DNA of 64,000 bases from Podarcis erhardii (lineage: Eukaryota), in the NCBI GenBank assembly GCA_964252035.1, contig OZ176203.1; one strand, given 5' to 3'. Below, piece after piece: positions 50,431 to 61,700 of this stretch. The stretch's first letter is position 1; each line of letters opens with the position of its first letter. The notes below the pieces were generated by a model. That model ran no database searches and had not been told where the DNA came from. It worked only from the letters and a program-made list of their open reading frames with translations. The translations under genes and the position numbers were made by a program.

Positions 50431-52195
50431 ACTTCATGACTTCTAGACTGGTAGAAGATTGTGAATCTGAGAGAGCACCAGTTGCCATGTTACTGCAGAA
50501 ACAAAAAGTCAGACAAGATCCACTACAGGGCAGGCCCAGGAGGAAAAACTAGTGGAGCACCACTTGTCACCACCTACATCAGACATTACAAATTAGGTAT
50601 TAAAAATGGTAACATTCAGAAAGCAGCAGGAGAACATTTCACTCTTCCATGACTTCCTGTAGAGTCCTAAGAGTCACTGTTATCCAACGAAGAGGGAGGC
50701 TTGAGCGGAAAAGCTCAGGCCTGGAATTCATTAGCATATTTGGTTCTGTGGAATCTCATTTTAAATCCTTGGGATGGCTAGCTTGCTTCAGAGATAAATT
50801 ATCCCTCTTTTGGTGTTTGTTTACACTATTAGTCTTGCTTCCTATTCATCACCCTAGTGGCAGTTATTCAGGAGTGGATCCACCCATACTGACTTCATCT
50901 TCTAGTCATTCAATTGGATTTTGCATTCATTTATGCTCTGTGACATGCCCATTGCTGTCATTTTCACTGTTTGGTTCTTTGTAAAAATCATCATACATTT
51001 TTCTGTTTTTACTTCTGTCTCAGGGTATATAAACCTACACACTTTCAGTAGGGTACATCTGATAAAATGGGATGTATCCTATGAAAGATTATGCCACAAT
51101 AATGTTTTTTAAGTCTTTAAGGTGGCACTATATGTGGTCTTGGCTTTTGTCTTTTTCTGCAGCTGTCTAGTGTATTTCCCTTTTTGGAGTTTTGTCATTG
51201 TTGCATTGTTTTACTACTGCTAACCTCTCTTGCACTGGATTACATATAGAAGCTAATAACAGTGGTGAGTTACTTGTAGAATCAAGGGAATTGTTGCATA
51301 TATTAGGACAAATTACAAAGGCATCACAGCATTCGCATGCACTCCACTGACCCTACTTTTGCTCAACACTGTAGTCTTTCAAAATAAAGACAAATAAGAG
51401 CAAAATTATTTTAATAGTGATATTTGTTTTGTATCTTGTTTTCTACCCGAGAGTTATAAACAGGAACAGAATGAGGTAAAAGTTTTGAGTCCAGGAAATT
51501 TTAGATCAAAAAATTCTACTGAAAAGGTTGGACACTTTCTCATTCTGTGATGTTAACTTAGTTCCATCTCACCTTCCTATAGCCATGCAATCAGTCCTCT
51601 GCCCCTCCACCCCAAAAAAGCATTCTTATAAGAAAATTATCAAAGTACACTGGTTTTACTGGTTCCCTCATGGGGAATCTTTACTTTCCCAAAGGAAAGT
51701 ATAATTACCAATAAGAACCAATCAACTAATGACTTAATATATCTCCCAGGGTCATTTCCTCACATTAGTAACCTATTTATATGAATTACTGGACCTTTAA
51801 TGTAATTACCTTATTATTAATAATAAATAACAAGCAACATTTCAATAATTGCTTTTATTAACTATCAGCAAATGTGCTCATTAGTACTTTGTGTGCCAAC
51901 TTTTCAGTACTTAGTGCTCCTATTAGTCATATATTCAGCTTGCTTCAAACGAGCAGTCCTATTCTTACATTACACTTGGACTGGAGATATGGCTCCACTA
52001 GGCTAGTGGATCAGCTGCCAAACCCAATGTGTACTCATCCTAGAAAGGGAGGTAGAGAACAACTAGAAAAGAGAAAAACAAGACAGAAATGAACACACCC
52101 ACAGCAGCCCTAGAAACACAGCCACATCGTGGTTGCTGGTGCTGTTGTTAAAATTTCCATACAACCCTTCATCCCAAGATGACATGACGATTTGC

Positions 52196-52236
52196 TATAT
52201 ATATATATATATACACACACAGAGAGAGAGAGAGAG
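52196..52236. repeat. compound (TA)n(CA)n(GA)n microsatellite
   Basis: Read directly. Confidence 0.93.
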
Positions 52237-53938
52237 CGCATAATAGCAATCAAAAACAAGGCCCCCACAGATCAAAATGGCCTTAGATTGTTTAATCAGT
52301 CAAAGGCCTGGCAGAAGAGGAATATTTTTTCCTCTTAAAGGTATGTAATGAAGGCGCGAGGCGAGCCTTCCTGGAGAGAGCATTCCATTAGCAGGGAGCC
52401 ACACCAGAAAAGACCCATTCTCGTGTTGCCACTCTCCAGACTTCTCAGAGAGGAAGCACACAAAGAAGGCCCTCAGATGCTGATCACAGGGTCCGGGTTG
52501 GTTAACATATTGTGGTTCTGAGCCATTTAATTGTTTCACTGAAATCCCTTTTTGTGTACCTATTTATATGGGCTGGCTTCTATTCTGTGGGGTATATTGT
52601 GCAATATTGTTCCTCATATAATGGGATTATTTGTTTTAATATATATCTTTGTTTGGAATGTTAAACCCCTCATAAAATTGTAAATAAAACTGATTGATTT
52701 ATTAATGGCTAACAGTAGAAAAGAGGCATACCAGTTTCGATAGATAATAGCTCTTCCTTCCAAATTTCTTTAAAAAGGGTTTTGGGGTTTTTTGCAGCTA
52801 GTGTCATTACAAATTATAATTAATACTATATCCTGTCACTGTTAAATCAAAATACTTTCACCAAATCAGGTAGCTGACTTATGAGTAAAGATAAACTTAA
52901 CTCCTTGTGGTGCTTTCTTCAAACTTTCTTCATTCACAGTTATTTCAACCTTCTTGCCTGCACAAGCAGTGATATGATGCTTCTACAAGAGTACTCTCCA
53001 GCTCTTTCTTTGAAGATGCTTTTCTCAAAGGTGCTTTGCACAGAGCCTTTCTCTTGATTGAGGATTCTTTTTAGACAGCTGGAAATTCCTGATGGATGTT
53101 AATTGGAGTTCAGTTTGAAGATACAGAACTGCTTTTATTGCATCTGTCTTTCATTGATTTCTGTGAAAACCATAATTAGACTTTTTTGTGGGTGGAGATA
53201 TCCATGGAATGTTTCAGTTCAGTGCCTTTATCCATTTAAAAGATGGACTTTATTTTCCTTTGTTTTTCTTAAAGCTGTATCAGTCAGTTTTATTGAGAAT
53301 GTGGATTCTTTCTCACTTTGCCTCTATATGTGGAATCATGTGTACATATGAATTATGTTCTGCTGACTCCTCATACAGTCACTTCAGATTCTTAATAAAT
53401 ATTTATCTTGTGCTTAGTAAGAAGATAACAAAACAAAATTCTTTTTGGTCACCTATTGTTAAGGAAGAAAACTTAAAGATGTTCAGATACAGGTATCAAG
53501 CACAAAAATAATTTCTTTAACTATTGAATTCATAAACTTATTAAATCAATTTGATACAGCATTAAGTCTTAACCCAGAATAAATAGGGGAAGTCACATAA
53601 CTTAGAAAGGATGCTTAGAATGGTAGAGTTCCAAAGGACCCCAAGGTTCCTCTAGTCCAGGCATGTCCAACAGGTTGATCGCGATCTACTGGTTGATCGC
53701 CAAGAAGTTTCTGGTCGATCACGGGTAGATAGTGGGTTCCTCAGTGATCGGCAGCCTAAAGAAGCCCTCCCCCTAAAAAAAGCTCAAACAACTCTTATCT
53801 CCCCCCCCCCCAAAAAAAAACAGCTCAATAACCATGGGCAGTTGCACAGAGAGCTCCTTCCTTCTTGCTGACAGAGAGCTCACCAGTATGTGTGTGAGTT
53901 TGTGTGTGTGCGTGGGATGGCTCCCCTGACCTCGAGAA

Positions 53939-54712
53939 TGTAACAGGGATGCTGCCCTGTGCCTATCAGAGACCGGATCCTAGCCTGCATCCTGTTTGGT
54001 CAAATGGAGATGCAGGCTGAGACTTGGGCGAATCCGAGGGCTGACCATGGGCTTCCCTGGATCCGGCCCTTGCCCATTTAAGCAGCCCACGCCTGGGACA
54101 ATCCCTCTTCCTTCCCTTGCCAGTTTCCAGTGTGGATCTCTGTAGGTCTCCTGCATTGTGACTAGGAAGGTCTTAGACCTCACATGGGATCTCATCCTTC
54201 CTCGCCTGCCCACTTCTTGTATTCACGCTGCATCATGCCGACAAGAGAGGAACAGGCATCTGTCCCAGTTTCTGCATTTGCCGGTCTTCGTCGTTGCGAG
54301 GGAGCTTGGGAAACTGAGTTCCCTGGTATGGTGAGTAGTTCCTTTGCAAGGGCTGAGGATCCTGGGGAAAGTAAGTTTTTCAGCCATTTGGCTTGACTGA
54401 GAGTCAGTGTGGTGTAGTGGTTAAGAGCGATGGACTCGTAATCTGGGGAACCGGGTTCGTGTCTCCGCTCCTCCACATGCAGCTGCTGGGTGACCTTGGG
54501 ACTTCTCCAAAGTTTCTTAGCCCCACTCACCTCACAGAGTGTTTGTTGTGGGGGAGGAAGGGAAAGGAGAATGTTAGCTTTGAGACTCCTTCGTGTAGTG
54601 ATAAAGCGGGATATCAAATCCAAACTCTTCTTCTTTCTGTGTTTGTGTGGGGAAATTTTTTTCTGTTGGCTAAAAAGCTATTTTTTGAGGCTGATTTTGT
54701 CTGCTGCTTACA
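53939..54712 (+). mobile_element. possible solo LTR nested in the hAT element
   Basis: Starts TGTAAC; candidate end TTACA at 54712 (alternative TGTCACA at 55143); TATA-like TTTAAG near 54076; no TSD found. Confidence 0.3.
54399..54634 (+). mobile_element. tRNA-derived SINE (MIR/Squam3-like)
   Basis: A box TGGTGTAGTGG at 54410-54420, B-box-like GGTTCGTGTCT at about 54454-54464, core-like GGGTGACCTTGG and a (CTT)n tail. Confidence 0.85.
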
Positions 54713-55709
54713 TCACCTGGCCTTCAGTAATCAAAGAATTCAGGAATTGGATACCAGCACTATTGGGCCCTTCATTGATTGTTGGTGCATTTTAAAACTG
54801 AAGCCACGTCGGGCCAGGAGGCAGGCACTGGTTGGGTTGTTATTTTCCTCTGCCTTCCGGGTGGGCATGCTCTTGCTAAAGTTTCCAGTGCTACTGCTTT
54901 AAATAAGAAAGGAAAATTAATTAAAAGGAATAAATAAATATTTTTAAAAAATAATCATTGTGCATTTTAAGTTAACAAAGAGGGTAATTGAGCCATTGGT
55001 ACTTCAGCTTCTTACGTGGGGCAGGTACCAGCCTCCATTGGGGGTGGCCTTGTTTTGCAGCAAGGTTTGATTTCAAGGTGGTTTGTGTGCAGCTTTGGCG
55101 TGTGTGCAGCTTCGGTTACCAAAATGGTGACTCAGGTGTCACACTAACAATGGATGAAGGCATGTATTTTTTAAGAAATCTTGATAGGTAGGTTAAAGGA
55201 GTGAGCAAAGGAGTTTGTGCGGCGTACAGTTTTGTGAGTGCTTTTATGCAACTCTCTCCCAAGAAATCTCTAAAAGTTTCTGTTGTCCACCGTAAAAAAA
55301 GTATTTTGACAGTGCTCCCCCCAAAAAGGTTACCAAAATTAGTCACCCACCTTCCCCGCTCCCAAGAAAAGGTCAGCAACATTGAGTTGAACCCCCCCAA
55401 AATGGGGGTAGATCACTGCCAGATTTTATTTCTGAAAGTAGATCACAGTCTTTTGGGAGTTGGCCATCTCTGATGTAGTCCAACCCCTAGCACTGCAGGT
55501 CTCTCAACTGGATCATATCTTACAGATGACCATCCAACCTCTGCTTAAAACCCTCCAAGGAAGGGGAGTCCACCAGCTTTCATGAGAGCCTGTTCCACTG
55601 TTGAACAGATCTTATTGTCAGAAAGTTCTTCCTGATGTTCAGTCAGAATCTCCTTTCTTGTAACTTGGAGCCATTGGTTCGAGTCCTACCCTCCACAGCA
55701 GGATAAAAC

Positions 55710-55797
55710 AAGTTTGCGCCATTCTCCATGTGATAGCCCTTTAGATATTTGAAGTTTGCTCCATTCTCCATGTGATAGCCCTTTAGATATTTGAAGT
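55710..55797. repeat. 42-bp tandem duplication inside the CR1 copy
   Basis: AAGTTTGC(G/T)CCATTCTCCATGTGATAGCCCTTTAGATATTTG twice. Confidence 0.95.
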
Positions 55798-57612
55798 GAG
55801 CATTCTTTGGGCTGTCAACCAGCTACAAACCCACCTAGCAGTCACCTTGCCTAGTCCACATTTAATCAGCTTCTCCTCAAGAATATCATGGGGGACTTTG
55901 CCAAAAGCCATACTGAAATCAAGATACACTATGTCCACTGCATTCCCCTAATCCACCAAGCTTGTAAGGCTATTAAAAAAAAAATCAAAAATCCATGCTG
56001 GGTCTCAACAATCAAAGCATCCTTTTCTAAGTACCCACAGACTGACTATTTAATTATTCATTTTAGGACTTTTCCTGGTATTGATTTCAAGCTATCCAGT
56101 CAGTAGTTACCGGGCATCTTCTCCCCTCCCCACCCTTTTGAAGATGGGGACAACAACCCCTTTTGAAAATTTGATCCTTGACTCGTAAACAATCTGTCTA
56201 AATCTTAGCATGTAGTGTTATGTAGAATTCACCACATCTGATTAAAGAATCCACCACCATTAAAATCAGCAGACCTACAGCATTCAAAACAGTGTGAATC
56301 AAACTCTTAGCAGCCTGATTCTGAAAAAACAGTCAGGCAATTTTACTGTGGTGATTCGAGAGAAACATCTTCTAGATGAGTTCACTGACACAGTTCAAAC
56401 TGTCTGTAGTAAAGAAAAGAGGAGTGATAGGGTAAAGAAGAGTTTCCTTTTATCCTTTTTTCTGATTGATCCTACTTGCACAGAAATGAATATTATTATT
56501 ATATTTTTACAGATTTCAGCTAGATTGGTCTCACAGAAATGACCGGATAATTTAAAATGTTAATCACTGCTGTTCAGATATTTCATTAGTCTATTTTAGT
56601 CAATATTACTATTAATACACATGAGGCATGTAATTGCACTGTGATATGTTAACAGCAGTCAATGACAGACGACCAAATTTTTACCTTGCCGTTGTAACAG
56701 GAAGGAAGTCTCATAATGCATAATTGCTACAGGGAAGAAAAAAACATTTTAAACTAGCCTTTGTGTCACACTCTTTTCTATATTTTGCATAATCTTTCTA
56801 TCGCAGAATGGCAAGTGAATCTTGTCCAGTTCTGTGGGGTTTTGAGGCTCACCAGGGAAGCAGATAGTATCTAGATCAGTTAGAGAGCATACAGGGCCTT
56901 GGGCAGTTCCTGCCAAAGCAGCGAGTATAGATACTGTCTTCAGGGAGCTAGAGCCAACTGAAGTCTTATGCATTCTATCCAGACCTGGAGTGTAGTAGAA
57001 GCTGGCTCACACTTCACTTTGCTGTCTGTGGGCTCTGCCAGACTGAAGAGAAAGAGGTACTGCAAGGGAACTCGTCTCCTGAATTATAGGATGGTGGCAG
57101 GGATGTGTGCTGCAAGCCTGGCTGAGCTACAGGCAGTTCATCATCTGAGCCTCTCCTTCATGTGCCTCTTCCATGTGAAGTCCTGAGGGTGGCAGCATGA
57201 GGACGAGCCTTTTCTGCAGTGGCTCCCTGTTTGCAAAATGCCCTCTGTTTGCAGAATGCGAAAACGTTCCTCTTCAACAAGGCCTTGGGGCTGATTAATA
57301 TTCTACAGGCTTTTAAATGTGTTTGTGGGAGGGGTTTGTTTTGTTGTTTTCGTTTTAACTATTTATTTGTGTTTTTACCTTTTATTTTTATCTTGTGCTT
57401 CGCGTTGAGCTCTTAGGATGAAGGGCAGTATATAAGTCTAAACAAACAAACAAACTCCACTACCACACATGGCCAGGTCCCTGGGTCACAACACTTTGTA
57501 ACAAGTAACAGGTTAAGCTGCCTATGCAGTTTCTTATGAGTCACACAGGACAGTTCAGTAGGATCTTAGCTAATATAACAGTAAATATTATATAATATTA
57601 TATAACAATATA

Positions 57613-57871
57613 CTGTATTTTTTGCTCTATAAGACTCACTTTTTCCCTCCTAAAAAGTAAGGGGAAATGTGTGTGCGTCTTATGGAGCGAATGCAGGCTG
57701 CGCAGCTATCCCAGAAGCCAGAACAGCAAGAGGGATCGCTGCTTTCGCTGCACAGCGATCCCTCTTGTTGTTCTGGCTTCTGAGATTCAGAATTATTTTT
57801 TTCTTGTTTTCCTCCCCCCAAAACTAGGTGCGTCTTGTGGTCTGGTGCGTCTTATAGAGCGAAAAATACAG
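57613..57871. mobile_element. TA-target MITE (TcMar-Tc2/pogo-like), 259 bp, with an internal hairpin
   Basis: 27-bp TIR CTGTATTTTT(T/C)GCTCTATAAGAC(T/G)CAC with 2 mismatches; TA flanks. Confidence 0.92.
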
Positions 57872-58329
57872 TAATAGTGAATATTGACTGTGGTAGTTTC
57901 ATTTTATCTATAGCCAGTCTCTTTGGTTTTCTTATTTCTGTTGGGGTCTTCCTTTGTCCTGATTCCTTCACAGCAATATAAACCTACATAAAGGAATCCT
58001 TGGCTTTCCTAAATTGTAGGTTAGCTTATAATTCAATCATGGGGTAAGATAAATAGTAACTTTTATGGATAGCACATTAAATGTTAGCCCACATGGTCAA
58101 TTCAGAACCATGAATTATTATTGTTCATTAATCTATGGAGGTAACAATTTTATCCACTAAAGTCCTCAATTTAATTTTGTTGTAATTGTTTCTGACTGTG
58201 TCAAACACACAGTGACATTTTTCTTCCCATAATCAAAATATTTTTAGGGCTTTCTTTTTATTTCAGATTGGAAAAAATCTAGTTCCTTTTTTTTAAAAAA
58301 ATTGCCATCTCTCTTTCTTAACTATATAG

Positions 58330-58332
<3 letters not shown>

Positions 58333-58361
<29 letters not shown>
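58333..58361. repeat. (AC)n microsatellite
   Basis: Read directly. Confidence 0.95.
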
Positions 58362-58365
<4 letters not shown>

Positions 58366-59899
58366 TCAGTTCATAGGACTGTATCCAATGTAGCAGTAAG
58401 TAAAATCACTTCATGTTATACTTGTCCTTGGGAAATGTTTTCCACCAGCAGAACACTGACATGGAAGAGAATGCATGAGTAGGTTGCTGGTAACTTCCTT
58501 TTTGTGAACCACCCTGATATCTTCTGAACTGCCCTGAAACCTGTGGGGATAGGGAGGTATATAAATTTTAACAACAACAACAATAGTACAATACACAGTC
58601 GAGTCTGTTGTGCAACATTAAAACTCACCCATCCATTAGCATAAGAGCCCTTGCTCTTGTGGACAGAGAAAATTTAAAAACAACCCATCTTTCTAAAGCA
58701 CTGAAAAACCTGAATGCACATTGTACCTGCTAACTGAAGTAGGAGCCTTTTCTATCAATGAGTGCTACCTACACAAATTAGGACCCTGGAAGGATTTGAG
58801 TTGTAAAGCAGGTGGTGAATCTACACAGATTTGCGGTTTCAAAAGCTGCTGCTCCATATGTGAGGGGCCAACAGAACAGTATGACCTTGGAGTGGGACAA
58901 AATGCGTGGGCCTTGCACCCCCATTTATATATCTCTTGTTTCTTTTTGCTGATAACTTTTGAGTAAGGTTTCAGCGGTTCACACATTCACTATTAATTGC
59001 TATATCGAAAACAAATACTGTGTTTTTACATTTGGGAACTTGTGTTTAGGTTCAATTATTCAGCTACTAAAAGATGCTTTAAAAATAAATAACATTGTCA
59101 AGTTTAATTGGATCTCTCTCTGTTTTGTCTTCATGAAGCATTTTACATTAATTTCAAACTGAAAATATATGACATAAGAGCAAAGGGAGGTGTATCATAC
59201 AAGTCAGATGATTATTCCACTTATTGCATGAAGTACTAGAAAGAAGTTCAATTTTCATAGATTTTAATTTTTGTGCATATTATACAATAGCAGTGTGTCC
59301 TGGAGTTATCTACCATGTTAATGCAATGTAATTAGGTTAAGTATGTCTCTGGTGGAAACAGTGCTGTATGATTTTTTTCAAAGTTACATCCTAGCATTTT
59401 AATGGGTCAAATCCTATTCTTTGTTAAAATGAAGTCCATAATGTTGTCGACAAATAGGAGTATTGAATTTGTCCTTGTGTCTCTTTCTGTTGCATGATTT
59501 TAATAGAAGATGAATCATCATTTTCTTCACTTCAATAGTCCTCAGGGCCAACCATATCACTAGGCAGAGTGAGACTACGTTTCTAGGCAGTGGATATTGG
59601 GATTCATGACAGGGCAGGTGCCAACATATCTTGGTTGGCCTTGAATACAGAACTATACAACTTGGCTTATGCTTCTGGTGAAAAGCATTACTTGTTTCCC
59701 TGTTCCAAGCAGTAAAAGGTTCTAGGGCAGCCATTATACTCTTGTTTCTAGGCGCAAAGTTTTATGTTGGCCTCTCTTTTTAATATAACTTTTTGATTAC
59801 CTATTAGTATTAGAAACCTTCACCATCGTGCTGATGCATTTGTTAATTATGTGCATTGATCTCCATTGTTATAAAAGATTTTGTTCACAAGCTGAGAGT

Positions 59900-60890
59900 T
59901 AAGAAGGGCATGTATAAGAAATGGAAGAAAGGGGAGATCACAAAGGAGGAGCATGCATGAATAGCCAACAGTTGCAAAGTGAAGGTCAGGCTAACTAGAG
60001 CTCAGAATGAGCTCAGGCTTGCAAGAGAGGTTAAAAATAATGATAAAAGGTTTATTTGGCTATGTCCGAAGCAAGAGAAAGAACAAGCAAGTGGTGGGTC
60101 CTCTGTGTAGAGAAGACGGACAGAAGGTGGAACTTTTCAACACCTACTTTGCCTCTGTCTTCATCCAAAAGGAAAGTGATGCCCAACCTGGTAATAACAG
60201 AATAAATGATGTTAAGGAGGAAGCTGCAGCCCAAGCTAAGAAAATAGGTAGTAAGGGAACACCTACCTACTTATTAAATGAATCCACATCACCCGGGCCT
60301 GATGAGCTCCATCCAAGGGTATTAAAGGAGCTTGTGGATGTAATCTCAGAGCCTTTATCTATGATATTTGAGAATTATTGGAGAACAGGTGAGGTCCCTG
60401 CAGACAAATGTTGTCCCCATCTTCAAAAAAAAAGGGGGGGGGAGAAGATCCAGGTAACTACCGACCAGTGAGCTTGACATCAATACCAGGAAAGGGTCTA
60501 GAACAGATTATTCAACAGTTGGTCTTTGAGCACTTAGAAAAGAATACTGTGATTACTAAGGCTCACAAAAATAAGTCACGTCAGATTAATCTCATTTCTT
60601 TTTTTGAAGGAGTTACAAACTTGGTGGATCAGAGAAATGCTGTGGACATAGTGTATCTCTTCAGTAAGGCTTTTGACAGATTTCGCCATGATATTCTTGT
60701 GAGGAAGCTGGCAAAATGTGGGTTGATCAAAGTAACGATTAGGTAGATTTGTAGCTGGTTGACTGACCGAATCCAAAGGGGTTAGGTTGCCACCTATCAT
60801 AGATGCTTTAGTTGCAATTCCTGCATTGCAGGAGGTTTAACTAAATGTCTCTTGGGGTCCCTTATAACTCTGCAATTCTATTATTCTAAG
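59900..60890 (+). mobile_element. CR1 LINE fragment (linker to RT start) joined to a 3' terminus after a large internal deletion
   Basis: Translations KGLFGYVRSK, SPGPDELHPRVLKEL, DPGNYRPVSLTSIPGK and VYLFSKAFD; CR1-type terminus at 60800-60890. Confidence 0.9.
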
Positions 60891-60952
60891 CCAGTGTAAT
60901 AGGTAATTTTGGGTTGGTATCATTGTCTGCCTTCGCTTTTCCTATATCTTTA

Positions 60953-61125
60953 GGCTTGTCCACACTTCTGCTTGCCCCGCCACTTTCACCTGGGGAAAGC
61001 TGTTCTTTACTGCTAAATTGGAGCAAGCATCAATTGGGTTTTCTGTGGATTGATGTTTGTTCCAATTCAGTGGTAGAGAGTAGGTTTTCCAGGGAAAGCA
61101 ATGGGGCAAACAGAAAACCCTGCCT
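60953..61125. mobile_element. palindromic MITE remnant (GGCTTGTCCACACT end)
   Basis: Internal inverted arms at 61016-61034 and 61049-61067 (2 mismatches); the right terminus is decayed. Confidence 0.6.
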
Positions 61126-61641
61126 AGAAAACACAAGACAAATGGAAAACTGATCAGACCTGTGGTTTCAAGGCATGGGAGAAGCGAAGTTTGGATAAGC
61201 CCGAATTCATCATTACTGCTATCACATGAGCAATAAGGCATGACTCATTAATATGCAGAAAGTACAAAAGGGAATGAATAGCATCCAATATTATATCATA
61301 AAGATCAAGTGGGCCTAAACAATAGCTAGCCAATGACTGTTGTTCCCCAAGGCAAGAAAAGTGAGGGTTTTCTTTTATCCCCTCCTTCCAAATATGGTTG
61401 ATTGGTTTTCTATGTTCTGCTGAATCTAGTATGTACAATGATTTCTATGACCACATTGCAATCTCAACCCACATTTAATGTCTGCTTGAATAAGTTTTCT
61501 GTAGCAAGGGTATGCAGCAGATTGTCTGCTTAACAAGAGGTACTTTGCCTATGTTTTATAGCATTAATACGGTGTACTCCATCACACTGTATAGCTCAAT
61601 ATAATTTTCCATGGAGAGTTTTGTTAATCAGAAGCAAGAGA

Positions 61642-61655
61642 CCACACACACACAC

Positions 61656-61694
<39 letters not shown>
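61642..61694. repeat. (CA)n microsatellite
   Basis: Read directly. Confidence 0.95.

Positions 61695-61700
<6 letters not shown>

Larger units (their letters stand above)
53658..55472. mobile_element. non-autonomous hAT element (about 1.8 kb including nested inserts)
   Basis: TIR CAGGCATGTCCAAC / GTTGGCCATCTCTG (11/14); TSD CTCTAGTC (53650-53657) and ATGTAGTC (55473-55480), 6/8; GATC-rich subtermini at both ends. Confidence 0.75.
53616..56155 (-). mobile_element. CR1 LINE 3' portion, internally deleted and split by a hAT insertion
   Basis: The 3' terminus AGAATGGTAGAGTT..GGACCCCAAGG..TCTAGTC (53616-53657) continues as CAACCCC.. at 55481; RT remnants at 55800-56155. Confidence 0.85.
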
